Sequence record: SRR20825006_727
DNA: 64,000 bases
Direction: 5' to 3' (one strand)
Within the stretch, counting starts at the first letter, position 1, and each line of letters begins with the position of its first letter. The position numbers and the translations under genes are program-made. The notes under the pieces were generated by a model. It saw nothing but the letters and a program-made list of their open reading frames with translations, was not told the DNA's origin and did no database searches. Below are positions 50,225-60,670 of the stretch, one piece after another.

Positions 50225-51622
50225 TTAGTGGCAAATTGTTTCCTCGGTAACTTTCAAGATAGCTCTTACCTCGTCCATTGTTGGAGCTTCTGCATACGTT
50301 CTCAAAACGGGCTCTGTTCCTGAAGGGCGAATCATTACCCAACGATCTTCGTCAAAGAAATATTTGAATCCGTCAAGCGTTTCTAATCGCTGTACTTTAT
50401 ATTCTCCAAAGTTCTCATAAGCTCCAGATTTGCAGTTAGCAATGATTTTCTGCTTGAGAAGATCCGTAATGTGCAAATCGCTTCTTTCAAACTTAAATTC
50501 ACCTACAATTTCGTAGACTTCATTAATAAGGTCGTCGAGTGATTTTCCAGATTTTGCCATGAATTCCCAGATGATCAATCCCATCCAAATTCCATCGCGC
50601 TCCGGAATATGTCCTTTCGTAGCAATTCCTCCGGACTCTTCTCCTCCAACGAGTACATCTTCCTCCACCATAATGTTGGCGATGTATTTGAAACCGATTT
50701 TTACTACTTCGGATTCCAATCCATAATGTTCTGCCATTTTCCCAACGCGCGGTGTTGTACTAAACGCTGTTGCAACCTTACCGGTCATTTCCTTGTATTT
50801 TCTAAGGTAATGAATCAACAATAAGATAATATGGTGAGAATCTATGAATTCACCTTTTCCGTTATATAATCCAATTCTGTCTGCATCACCATCTGTTGCT
50901 AAAGCGCAATCGATGTTTCCACGTTCTTTAATGAAGGATTCTAATTCTTGTAAATTTTTCGCGATTGGCTCTGGAGCTTGTCCCATAAATGATGGATTGC
51001 TCTCACAGTGCATAAATTCTATTGAAGGAAGCAGACGTTTCATTGCGTTTTGTCCTGCTCCGTACATCGCGTCGTACATCAAGTTCAATCCCGATTTTTC
51101 AATCGCTTCAAGGTCAAAATTCTGACGTGCATGTTCTACATACATCGTCTCCAAATCAACTACTTGAACCAAGTTAGAATCGAGTGAAATCTGTTTTAAG
51201 TTTAATCCATGCTCAGATGGAATAATATCTTCGATTTCTTGTACTTTTTCCGGAGAAAGCGGTCCACCGTGGTGCGACTTCAACTTAAATCCGTTGTAAG
51301 ATGGAGGATTGTGACTTGCTGTAATAACAACTCCAAGCGAGCATCCTAGTTTCACTGCGCCTAAAGAAACCATTGGTGTTGATACGAATCCTTTCGCCAT
51401 TCTCACTTCAATTCCTTCGTTCACAAATACGCGAACAGCTGTGTCCATGAAAAGCTCACCAGCAAAACGGCAATCATGACCGATCACCACTGAAGGATTA
51501 TCGAAATTACCTTTCAGCCATTTAGCTGTAGCCAAAGATACTCGTGCGACATTGTCCACCGTATACTCTTCTGCGATGATTGCTCGCCACCCGTCTGTTC
51601 CAAATTTAATTGCGTTTGCCAC
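50225..51622 (-). CDS. Phosphoglucomutase/phosphomannomutase family protein
   Basis: FGTDGWR, TASHNP, DGDADR, GEESGG, RPSGTEP. Confidence 0.95.
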   Translation of the reverse strand: MANAIKFGTDGWRAIIAEEYTVDNVARVSLATAKWLKGNFDNPSVVIGHDCRFAGELFMDTAVRVFVNEGIEVRMAKGFVSTPMVSLGAVKLGCSLGVVITASHNPPSYNGFKLKSHHGGPLSPEKVQEIEDIIPSEHGLNLKQISLDSNLVQVVDLETMYVEHARQNFDLEAIEKSGLNLMYDAMYGAGQNAMKRLLPSIEFMHCESNPSFMGQAPEPIAKNLQELESFIKERGNIDCALATDGDADRIGLYNGKGEFIDSHHIILLLIHYLRKYKEMTGKVATAFSTTPRVGKMAEHYGLESEVVKIGFKYIANIMVEEDVLVGGEESGGIATKGHIPERDGIWMGLIIWEFMAKSGKSLDDLINEVYEIVGEFKFERSDLHITDLLKQKIIANCKSGAYENFGEYKVQRLETLDGFKYFFDEDRWVMIRPSGTEPVLRTYAEAPTMDEVRAILKVTEETICH

Positions 51623-51810
51623 TTCTTTTTCTTAAATGATTGATTGCAAATATAGTGATTTGATAGCCTGTTTTTGGGAAGAATAACAATAAAAGTGTTG
51701 AATTTAGAAGCTTTCTAGTATTTAGTTAAATACACTTTAGATTGCCCCTATATTCACCTTGTAAGACTTTGGTTCATAGCTAAATCGGTTATTCGTTGTA
51801 ATTACAGAAA

Positions 51811-52323
51811 CTATTCATGAAATGCTTTAAGTGATTTTGACATAAATGTCATGCAATCTAGCTGATTTCCCAACGTAGAAAAATCTCCAGTATCGATCAC
51901 TTCATTTTCACTATTGAGCACAACGAAATAAGGTTGAGTGTTGGTTTCAAAGGCTGTTATCTGAAAATCCGAGTTTTTTTCACCAATTGTATTTATTGGG
52001 CGTTTTTTGATCGACGAAATATACTTGTCTGCTTCGTCTAGTTCTGTTCTATCATCAACAAAGAGCGGAACGAAAATGAAATCTTCCTCCAACGAGGTAT
52101 AGATGATTTCTTCTGAAAGCACAGAGTTTTCCAATCTCCTACAGTTCACACATGCATACCCCGTGAAATAGATGAGAATTGGCTTATTTTCCGTCTCGCT
52201 TCTGGTCAATAATTCTTCGCTAAAAACTTGCTCTTGATCCACAATTTCATCAAACCTTGTTTGCGCGAAACTCGTTGTCAACGAAAAATGAACAGCTAAA
52301 AAAGCGATTAAATACTTCATCAT
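51811..52323 (-). CDS. Exported thioredoxin-family protein (DsbD C-terminal-like)
   Basis: Signal peptide from MMKYLIA; FTGYACVNCRRLE; TQPYF. Confidence 0.82.
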   Translation of the reverse strand: MMKYLIAFLAVHFSLTTSFAQTRFDEIVDQEQVFSEELLTRSETENKPILIYFTGYACVNCRRLENSVLSEEIIYTSLEEDFIFVPLFVDDRTELDEADKYISSIKKRPINTIGEKNSDFQITAFETNTQPYFVVLNSENEVIDTGDFSTLGNQLDCMTFMSKSLKAFHE

Positions 52324-52336
52324 GAATTTGTTGTTA

Positions 52337-52888
52337 CTATAAATCATCCGTAAAATGTTCTCTTCGCTTTGGTTTTGAGAATTTCTCTTGATTGTATTCG
52401 TTGGAATTTCCTTTTGGAATTGATAAGGATGTCCACGTATTATCTTGCACCATTTTTCCAATGAAAACGATTTGTCCTACGTGATACGGATAATGCGCAA
52501 GTTGACGATGAATGGCTTCCGCGGCTGTATGCCCCATATTTCGAATAAAAACTTCTCTTTGCAAATCTTCTTCGGTTAATGGAGTGATTGCATCGAATAA
52601 GCATTTCCATCCTTCATTCCAAAGCGCGAGCAGTTCTTCTTTTGTAGAAATCGAGTTTTCAAATTCGGCATCGCGCTGACGCCATTCTTTTTCTCCATCA
52701 GATGTCAAGAAATCAGTCCAACGAGACATCATATTTCCATGAAGGTGTTTAACGATTGTTGCTATGCTATTACTTTCTTCGTTGAATTGCCAAAACAACT
52801 TTTCTTCTGGAAGTTGATCAAAGGTTTTTTCTCCAATTGATTTATAATATTCGAATTGTTTAATAACGGAGGTTAGAAAGTGATCCAT
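52337..52888 (-). CDS. DUF1572 (DinB-like) protein
   Basis: NSIATIVKHLHGNMMSRWTDFLTSDGEK..RDAEF; HYPYHVGQI. Confidence 0.9.
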   Translation of the reverse strand: MDHFLTSVIKQFEYYKSIGEKTFDQLPEEKLFWQFNEESNSIATIVKHLHGNMMSRWTDFLTSDGEKEWRQRDAEFENSISTKEELLALWNEGWKCLFDAITPLTEEDLQREVFIRNMGHTAAEAIHRQLAHYPYHVGQIVFIGKMVQDNTWTSLSIPKGNSNEYNQEKFSKPKRREHFTDDL

Positions 52889-52998
52889 CTGCTTGTTTTT
52901 AGTTCAATAAACGCTAATAATTACGAAAAATGAAATCTCAATTACGTCTTGTTTGTTGAGTTGTTTCACGTCAAATAAATGTAATTATTTACTGGCAA

Positions 52999-55659
52999 TT
53001 AAAACCGTAGAATCATCTTTAAATTGAATCTTCTTTGCGTCAGATAATTGGGGATGGAATAGTAAACTCCTTGTGTGTCCTGCACCCATTGCTTTGAAAG
53101 AACATTATTGATTCCTAACAGGTTGAACACTTCAAAGGACAAGATCGCGTCTTCAAAGTTTCGTGACCAAAAATTCTTTTCCTCTTTTTGTTTGTATAAG
53201 AAATCATACGACAATCCGATATCTACCCGGAAGTAAGACTTCAAACGCAAGGTGTCTTTGTAACGATCGAGTCCTGTATTTGGCGGTCCGTGTGGTAAGG
53301 AAGATCCGTACTGGATTCCAACTTGAACGCTAAAACTTTCGTATTTCGGCATTCGATCTTGAATCAACGCTCCAAATGTGAGCAATTGGTCTGTTGGACG
53401 TGGAATATAACCAGGATAAATCGTTGCGCTGTCTACTACATTTTGATCGTCGCTGTACCCAAAAATGATTCTTTCTCCAGCGGCATTGTAGAATTCTTTG
53501 TACGAATCATTGAGAATATCTTCTTTCGTTGAAAGGATTCCAACTTTAAAAAACGATTCAATTCCTTTCACAAACTCTCCAAAAATATTCAAATCCAATC
53601 CGTATGCATAAGCCACCGCATTATTGTCTGCATAATAACGTGTTCGCACATTCTCGATTTCATAAGGATTCACATCCCACAGGTATTTGTAAAACGCTTC
53701 TGCCGTGAATTTGAACGGAACTTCGCGGTCCCACATGTTGAAATAAACATCCGTTCCTGTTACAAAATGAAAGGATTTTTGAGATTTCACATTCAGATTC
53801 AATTGCCCGTCAAATGTTCTAAACTCTCTGTAAAAAGGCGGTTGATAGTACAATCCCGTCGCTGCTCTAACATTCACTTGTCGACGAATGACCTGATCGT
53901 TTCGCACCATATAAACACGAGGAGAAAAGGACACTGAAGCTCTCGGAGTTACGTAAAGTTCATTGTTCGCTGTAGTATATCCACCGCGTGTTCCAATACT
54001 AAATGCCCAGTCAGAAGCTGATTCTCGAATGGTATCTTTGAACACCCTATCGTATTTCATTCCTAGAGAATCTTTGAACGATTTAGTAATAGATACGAAT
54101 CTATCAAGTTGATTGTTCTTCCAACGTGAATTCAATTGAATGAAAGACGTATATCGTTGCGATCTCAAACTCAGCTGACCTTTAATTGTCTCAAACAATA
54201 CTACTTGGTCTGGTGAATTTTGTGGCACCGAGTATCCCGCTGAATCTACGTATTTCCATTCGCTAAGCACATCGTAGAAGTCATCTGATTGGAAGTTTAC
54301 TCCCCATTTTAATTCTCGACTTCTAAACTTCGAGCGTTCGTCATCCTTGAAACCTTTGAATAAAGTGTGACTTCCGTTGTGATAAACATTAATAATTGTG
54401 GCATTCAATCGGTTTCTTCCGTGATTTAGAAAACTTCCAATTCCTAAAACCGCGATTGAATCACCAAATTCTTCCTTCGAAGGATCTGTTTCCAGTTGAT
54501 TAATGAAATACTGTCCAAGGATATCAAAATATTCTCTCTCATCGGTATTGAAAACCGTTGTGTAGAAATCGAGCTTCGTATTGTCAGTTACCTGCCAATT
54601 GAGCGAAGTTCCTCCCATCATTGTTTGGAAACGCGTTTCTTCTTGACCTTCAAAGTAGACTTTAAATGAATATGCTTCATTCGCCGTTCCGAAATCTGTT
54701 TCTTGCGTTTGCGGTGAAAAGCGGTAATTATTCGACGAAAAGTGTCCTAAAACAGACCAGTTTAACTTTTCCGTAATAGCGAAATTGGTTAAAAATTGTG
54801 CATCCCAAAAAACTGGATTGTACGCCCCTTTTGCTGGAAGTGAGTTCAATAAATATCCGTTTGATCGATACCTTGCTCCCACCAAATAATTGAACCTCGG
54901 ATTTACTTTATTCTCAACATGTGCTTCCACTCCAAGCAACGAAGCAACGAGCGAACCTTGCAAAGAATCGGGTGTTTTGTAATCAATATCGAGTACAGAT
55001 GATAATTTGTCGCCGTATTCAGAGTTAAATCCTCCAGATGAAAAGCGAATATTTTTCACTAGAGCAGAATTGATAAAACTCATTCCTTCTTGTTGTCCAG
55101 AGCGTGTTAAAAACGGTCGATATACACTAAAACCATTCACGTACACCAAGTTTTCATCGTAGTTTCCTCCGCGAACGTTATAGTTAGAAGTTAGCTCGTT
55201 ATTGGAGACAACTCCTGGCGCTGTGAGGATTACAAAACGCTCAACACCTCCTGTTCCTGGAACCTGTTGAAGATCTACAAATTTCATTGGTTCAATATCG
55301 AATGGATTTACCACAACGTGATTCACCTTCACTCCAACCAATAATTGAATATCAAATTTAATATCCCCCAGATTCATTTTTTCTGAAGAAACCGCCACGA
55401 TAATATCGCTGCTACTTTCATTATTAAAGCGAATCAATACGGAATCATTGATAGATGCCGCGAGTGAAAAACGTCCATCTTCCCCAGTAAAGAACTGTCT
55501 TTGAGAGGTTTTCTCTCCTTTAATAATAACTCCTGCCTTAATTGTTACTCCGTCAATGGGTTTACCGCTTTTATCAACGCATCGACCTGTAATTGTTGCA
55601 TCTTGTGCCAACGACGAAAATCCAGTTAATAGAAAAAAGAAAAGAAGTAGTTTATGCAT
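52999..55659 (-). CDS. TonB-dependent receptor
   Basis: Signal peptide, N-terminal beta-sandwich, plug YNVRGG..ENLVYVNG, GGF...YGDKLSSVLDI, terminal Phe. Confidence 0.9.
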   Translation of the reverse strand: MHKLLLFFFLLTGFSSLAQDATITGRCVDKSGKPIDGVTIKAGVIIKGEKTSQRQFFTGEDGRFSLAASINDSVLIRFNNESSSDIIVAVSSEKMNLGDIKFDIQLLVGVKVNHVVVNPFDIEPMKFVDLQQVPGTGGVERFVILTAPGVVSNNELTSNYNVRGGNYDENLVYVNGFSVYRPFLTRSGQQEGMSFINSALVKNIRFSSGGFNSEYGDKLSSVLDIDYKTPDSLQGSLVASLLGVEAHVENKVNPRFNYLVGARYRSNGYLLNSLPAKGAYNPVFWDAQFLTNFAITEKLNWSVLGHFSSNNYRFSPQTQETDFGTANEAYSFKVYFEGQEETRFQTMMGGTSLNWQVTDNTKLDFYTTVFNTDEREYFDILGQYFINQLETDPSKEEFGDSIAVLGIGSFLNHGRNRLNATIINVYHNGSHTLFKGFKDDERSKFRSRELKWGVNFQSDDFYDVLSEWKYVDSAGYSVPQNSPDQVVLFETIKGQLSLRSQRYTSFIQLNSRWKNNQLDRFVSITKSFKDSLGMKYDRVFKDTIRESASDWAFSIGTRGGYTTANNELYVTPRASVSFSPRVYMVRNDQVIRRQVNVRAATGLYYQPPFYREFRTFDGQLNLNVKSQKSFHFVTGTDVYFNMWDREVPFKFTAEAFYKYLWDVNPYEIENVRTRYYADNNAVAYAYGLDLNIFGEFVKGIESFFKVGILSTKEDILNDSYKEFYNAAGERIIFGYSDDQNVVDSATIYPGYIPRPTDQLLTFGALIQDRMPKYESFSVQVGIQYGSSLPHGPPNTGLDRYKDTLRLKSYFRVDIGLSYDFLYKQKEEKNFWSRNFEDAILSFEVFNLLGINNVLSKQWVQDTQGVYYSIPNYLTQRRFNLKMILRF

Positions 55660-55697
55660 TATTTAATTGTCTCGTTTAAAACGAATTTCGAGGTTAA

Positions 55698-57299
55698 TTA
55701 TTTCGTTGTTTCGGATTCATCCATAATGATTAATCCAGTTTCAAAAGGAGAAATCGCTTCGTACATCTTCGCTAATTGGTCAAAAATCTTTCCATCAGCA
55801 CAAAAATGCAAAAAGTTAAATCTTCTTTCTTGAAGTCCATTTTCAGGGAACAAACGATCTTTCACAAAATCTATTGCATTCATTGCCGTTTCATGCTTTC
55901 CTTTCGCCGTTTTAATCAGTTTGGCTTTGATTCCATCGATTTGCTTGTCTAAACGCGCGTTTTCTGCTTCTGCATATTGTTTCAAATTCGATTCTACGGA
56001 AACGATTTGCTCAATCAACGTGTTTTTCAATTCCTCGAGCGCATTTTCCACAGACCCGAAATCGAGTGAATCTTCCGAATTTTCGGTCACGTAACGTTTT
56101 TTAAGAACATCTGAATTTTCAAAAATGTCCATTATTGACAATCCTGCTTGACTGATCTTTTTCCCTGTTGTTTTATCAATGATAATGAATGAATTTCGCA
56201 CTTGAATGAGCGGATAACAAATTCCAGCTGTTTCGAATACTTTCCCTAGTTGCAACCAATACGAAATCTCTCCACCTCCTCCAACATACGCTAGATTTGG
56301 TAAAATAACTTCTTGATACAACGGCCTAAGCACCACATTTGGAGAAAAGCGTTCTGGAAACTCCTCCAATTGCTTCAACAATTCTTCTTGCGTAAAACTT
56401 CCGACTCCCTCTATGGAATATCCATTCTCGTCCGCAATAATTCTTTCACGAATTCCATCCGCTAAATAAAAGAGATTGATTGGTCGCGCATGAATCTGTT
56501 CACTTAACCCAAGTGTCGACAATTCCTGATTTGCTTCATGCACCGCTTTCTCAGAAAAACCTTCTGTCAATTCACGTTTCATGATCGGTGAAAACAGTTT
56601 CTTCAAACTTGAATCGTTGCCATCAATGATCACCAACCCAGACTCTTTAAACAATTCGTTGACTAAACCGCGCGTTGCTTCTACTAAATTAGCTCCAGAA
56701 TATGCACTTAACAATCTCTCCAGTTCTTCTCGCTTTTCTTCGCCAAAAAAATTGCGGATTTCTTCTTTGAACGCATCGAGCTGATCCAATTTAAAATTCC
56801 CAACCGCTCCTCTCTGTTGATAGTCGATAGAAACTGGCTTTCCAAATAAATTAAGTGATTGAATTTCTTCGTAATCGTGATCTTCGGAAGCCATCCAATA
56901 CACAGGCACGAAATGATTTGCTGGATTTCGGTCATTCAACATTGCTGCTTGCTTAATTACATGCATAATCTTGATTACGAAGTAAAGCGGTCCTGTGAAC
57001 AACGATAACTGATGTCCAGTTGTAACCGTAAATGTATTGTTCAGCGCCAATTTATCCAGATTCTCTTTTACGGCTGAAGAAATTGATGTTTCTTTATATT
57101 GATTGTTTAATGCATTTACTAAAATCGAGCGTGTTTCAGAAGAATAATTTCCTGACTTGATCCCTATTTGCTTTTCAAACGCGTCAACACTAAAAGGCAA
57201 TCCAATAAGCGATTTCAAGGCATTTTGGTCTTGCACCAATTTAATTTGCTGGTCCGAAAAAAGACCTGTTTCTGCGCGATTTACAGTGTGAATTTGCAT
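55698..57299 (-). CDS. bshC: Bacillithiol biosynthesis cysteine-adding enzyme BshC
   Basis: TTGHQL..FTGPLY, YWMASEDHD, SPNVVLRP, YVGGGGEISYW, LQER. Confidence 0.95.
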   Translation of the reverse strand: MQIHTVNRAETGLFSDQQIKLVQDQNALKSLIGLPFSVDAFEKQIGIKSGNYSSETRSILVNALNNQYKETSISSAVKENLDKLALNNTFTVTTGHQLSLFTGPLYFVIKIMHVIKQAAMLNDRNPANHFVPVYWMASEDHDYEEIQSLNLFGKPVSIDYQQRGAVGNFKLDQLDAFKEEIRNFFGEEKREELERLLSAYSGANLVEATRGLVNELFKESGLVIIDGNDSSLKKLFSPIMKRELTEGFSEKAVHEANQELSTLGLSEQIHARPINLFYLADGIRERIIADENGYSIEGVGSFTQEELLKQLEEFPERFSPNVVLRPLYQEVILPNLAYVGGGGEISYWLQLGKVFETAGICYPLIQVRNSFIIIDKTTGKKISQAGLSIMDIFENSDVLKKRYVTENSEDSLDFGSVENALEELKNTLIEQIVSVESNLKQYAEAENARLDKQIDGIKAKLIKTAKGKHETAMNAIDFVKDRLFPENGLQERRFNFLHFCADGKIFDQLAKMYEAISPFETGLIIMDESETTK

Positions 57300-57375
57300 A
57301 TACAAAAGTAAGGAAGCAAATCAAAAAATGGGAAAAAAAACCTAGAGAACGTATCTTTGTATAAAATTGATAAAT

Positions 57376-57828
57376 ATGCAAGCAGTAATTAAGACAAATA
57401 AGGGAACAATGACGGCGGAGTTGTATTCTCAAGAAACGCCGAAAACAGTAGCCAATTTCGTGAAATTAGCGAAAGATGGTTTTTACGATGGATTGCAGTG
57501 GCACAGAGTACTTCCTGATTTTGTAATTCAAGGTGGGTGTCCAAACTCTAAGCCAGGAGCAAAAGGAATGGCAGGAACAGGTGGCCCAGGTTACAAAATT
57601 GATTGTGAAGTAAATGCAGAAAAACAGCACCACGAGCGTGGAGTACTTTCGATGGCACATGCTGGAAGAAATACAGGTGGATCACAATTTTTCGTTTGTC
57701 ACTCGCGTAACAATACAGCACACTTAGATGGAAATCATACGTGTTTTGCGAAAGTGATTGACGGTGTAGATGTAGTGGATGAAATTCGTGAAGGAGATAG
57801 CATCGAATCCATTTCGATTATCGATTAA
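57376..57828 (+). CDS. Cyclophilin-type peptidyl-prolyl isomerase
   Basis: FYDGL.WHRV..FVIQGG, LSMAHAGRNTGGSQFF, HLDG.HT.F; -7 element at 57352-57359. Confidence 0.95.
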   Translation: MQAVIKTNKGTMTAELYSQETPKTVANFVKLAKDGFYDGLQWHRVLPDFVIQGGCPNSKPGAKGMAGTGGPGYKIDCEVNAEKQHHERGVLSMAHAGRNTGGSQFFVCHSRNNTAHLDGNHTCFAKVIDGVDVVDEIREGDSIESISIID

Positions 57829-57830
57829 TC

Positions 57831-59309
57831 TTGACTCAAAAGAAAGCAATAGTTATTGGTTCAGGGGTGGCTGGTTTAGCCGCCTCTGTTCGTTTAGCGA
57901 AAGCTGGTTTTCAAACGCATGTTTTTGAAGCCAACGCTTTTCCAGGTGGAAAAATAAACAGTAAATGGCACGGAGCATACCGCTTCGATCAAGGTCCATC
58001 TATTTTTACGGGTCCAGAATACGTCAAAGAACTCTACGATTTATGCGGTGAAGATTTCGCTGAATTTGAGCTTACTCCACTCGATCATTCGTTTAGTTAT
58101 TTTTTCAATGATGGAACGCGACTGAATCTTTCCAGCAAGCGCGAACAAATTATTTCGGAGCTAGCGGAAAAACTAGGTGAAAACCCAACTCAACTGCGTA
58201 AATACCTCGCCAAATCTGGAGAAAACTATAAACGCATCGCTCCACTTTTCATCGAAAAATCACTTCATCGCTGGAGAAAACTCTTTGGAAAAAAGTTGTT
58301 TTCTGCCTTGGTTAGAATTCCGAAGTATCGTCTCTACACAACGATGCACGAGGAAAACAAAACATTTTTTAAGAATCCCAAAACGGTTCAAATTTTCGAT
58401 CGATTCGCGACTTACAACGGAAGCACGCCCTACAAAGCGCCAGCAATGTTGAATATGATCTCTCATTTGGAATTAAACATTCCTCCTTTTCTTCCAAAGA
58501 ATGGAATGATTCAGATCACAGAATCCATTTATCAACTTGCGCTAAAACAAGGAGTTAAGTTTCACTTCAATACACTCGTGAACGAAATTATCGTTGTGAA
58601 CGGAAAAGCTGTTGGAGTTAGAATCGGAGAAAGTGAAATAAACGCGGATGTGGTTTTTAGCAATATGGATGTCGCTTTCACCTATGAGAAATTACTTCCA
58701 AATGAAGAACATCCGAATAAAATTCTCGCACAAGAAAGGTCAAGTTCTGCGGTCGTTTTTTATTGGGGAATCGATCGTTCATTCCCCGAATTAAAGCTGC
58801 ACAATATCTTCTTCGCGGATAATTATGAAGCGGAATTCTCAGCCATTTTTGATACAAAAACCATTCATTTCGATCCAACCATTTACGTCAACATTACCTC
58901 AAAACACGTTGTGGAAGATGCGCCTGAGAATCACGAAAATTGGTTCGTCATGATCAACGCACCGATCAACACAGGTCAAAATTGGGAGAAACTTGTCGGA
59001 GATGTTCGGGCGTTGTTGATTAAAAAACTCTCAGATGTTCTAGCGTGTGATGTTGAAAAACACATTGTAGAAGAAGCACATTTAGACCCGACAATAATCG
59101 AGTCGAGGTATTCAGGTAAAAGTGGATCGATATACGGAAACGCATCAAATAATCGATTTGCAGCATTTTACAGACATGCGAATTTTAGCAAGCAATTAAA
59201 AGGAATCTACTTTGTAGGTGTTTCTGTTCATCCTGGAGGAGGAATTCCATTGGCGTTAAACAGTGCGAAAATTGCAGTAGAATGCATGCAAGATGACCTT
59301 AAAAACTGA
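57831..59309 (+). CDS. crtD: Phytoene desaturase family, probable 1-hydroxycarotenoid 3,4-desaturase
   Basis: GSGVAG FAD motif, RFDQGPS, ATYNGS, QERSSSA, ENWFVMINAP, HPGGGIP. Confidence 0.75.
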   Translation: MTQKKAIVIGSGVAGLAASVRLAKAGFQTHVFEANAFPGGKINSKWHGAYRFDQGPSIFTGPEYVKELYDLCGEDFAEFELTPLDHSFSYFFNDGTRLNLSSKREQIISELAEKLGENPTQLRKYLAKSGENYKRIAPLFIEKSLHRWRKLFGKKLFSALVRIPKYRLYTTMHEENKTFFKNPKTVQIFDRFATYNGSTPYKAPAMLNMISHLELNIPPFLPKNGMIQITESIYQLALKQGVKFHFNTLVNEIIVVNGKAVGVRIGESEINADVVFSNMDVAFTYEKLLPNEEHPNKILAQERSSSAVVFYWGIDRSFPELKLHNIFFADNYEAEFSAIFDTKTIHFDPTIYVNITSKHVVEDAPENHENWFVMINAPINTGQNWEKLVGDVRALLIKKLSDVLACDVEKHIVEEAHLDPTIIESRYSGKSGSIYGNASNNRFAAFYRHANFSKQLKGIYFVGVSVHPGGGIPLALNSAKIAVECMQDDLKN

Positions 59310-59347
59310 TCAGAATAGTATATTTGTGCAGATTTAAAATCTTGTCA

Positions 59348-60595
59348 ATGCGATCCTTACTCATCATTCTTTTATCCACGCTTAGTTTTAATAGTGAAGC
59401 AAGTGTTCGCTTTGTACGCGCCATGTTTAACTACAACGCATCAACCGGAATTACGATAGGTTGGGATCAAATTGAAGGAGAAAATCCGATTTTATATTAT
59501 GGAACAAGTAATCCTGCTGATTACAATTTTTCAGATTCCGCGAAGATAAATCGTGTTGAACATGCCAAATCGATGAATAATCATTTTGTGCGACTCAGAA
59601 ACTTGAAGCCGAATCAGCGTTATTATTTCTGCATAAAAGATTCTCAAGGTTATTCGAGAGTGTATTATTTTTCAACTGTTTCGGATCAACCAACCGACCG
59701 TCTCTCATTTATCGCTGGTGGAGATTCAAGAGATCAATCAGAAGTCCGCAGAAAAGCAAATGAACTCGTTGCAAAATTAAAACCACATGCTGTTCTCTTC
59801 AATGGAGATTTCACGGGCTACGATATTCCAAAACAATGGGTGGAATGGTTTACCGATTGGGAATCGAGTATTGCTGAGGATGGAAGAATTTCACCGCTTG
59901 TTGTCACACGAGGAAACCATGAATTATCGAATCGATCGATTGAAAAACTATTTGATGTCCCGAGCAAACGCATTTATTATAGTGTTGAATTCGGTGGAAC
60001 ATTGGTTAATTTAATCTCGTTGAATTCAGAAATTCTAAAATACGGTCGACAAAAAGTGTTTTTGCGATCAACATTGAGAAGACACGAGCATTTCGATTGG
60101 CAGTTACCACAATATCACCGCCCAATTCGTCCGCACGTCGCACACAAAAAAGAAATGCAAACTCAATACCGCAATTTCGTTCCGCTCTTTGAAAAGTACG
60201 CGAATGTTCGTTTGTGTTTAGAGAATGATTCTCACACGTGTAAAATCACTTGGCCGATCCTTGCCAGTGATAAAATGGGTTCTGAAGAAGGATTTATTCG
60301 AAATGATTCCATTGGAATTGTGTATGCTGGAGAAGGATGCTGGGGCGCACCCTTGCGCGCTGCAGATGATAATAAATGTTGGACCCGAAACTCAGATGCT
60401 GTAAATCAATTCAATTGGATTTTTATTGACCAGCAAAAAATAGAGTTGAGAACTGTTTTGTATGAAAATGCAGCTGATGTTGCTGAGCTTACCGAAGAAA
60501 CGCGTTTCGAGCAACCAGAAGGAATTGCTTTGTGGACTCCTTCGAATGGAAGCTTAGTCGAGATTTTTAAGCGTCCAGAAGCCATTAAAAAATAA
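59348..60595 (+). CDS. Purple-acid-phosphatase-like metallophosphoesterase with FN3-like N-domain
   Basis: Signal peptide; GGDSR, NGDF, RGNHE, YHRP, ENDSH. Confidence 0.85.
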   Translation: MRSLLIILLSTLSFNSEASVRFVRAMFNYNASTGITIGWDQIEGENPILYYGTSNPADYNFSDSAKINRVEHAKSMNNHFVRLRNLKPNQRYYFCIKDSQGYSRVYYFSTVSDQPTDRLSFIAGGDSRDQSEVRRKANELVAKLKPHAVLFNGDFTGYDIPKQWVEWFTDWESSIAEDGRISPLVVTRGNHELSNRSIEKLFDVPSKRIYYSVEFGGTLVNLISLNSEILKYGRQKVFLRSTLRRHEHFDWQLPQYHRPIRPHVAHKKEMQTQYRNFVPLFEKYANVRLCLENDSHTCKITWPILASDKMGSEEGFIRNDSIGIVYAGEGCWGAPLRAADDNKCWTRNSDAVNQFNWIFIDQQKIELRTVLYENAADVAELTEETRFEQPEGIALWTPSNGSLVEIFKRPEAIKK

Positions 60596-60601
60596 CACTG
60601 G

Positions 60602-60665
60602 TTATCCATATTTATCCCGAGTTATTAACAGCATACGCGTACCCAATCAATTTCGATTATCTTTG
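60602..60665 (+). promoter_or_regulatory. Three phased DnaA-box-like 9-mers and -7 element upstream of dnaX
   Basis: TTATCCATA (60602), TTATCCCGA (60612), TTATTAACA (60622); TATCTTTG (60658-60665). Confidence 0.5.
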
Positions 60666-60670
60666 TATTT

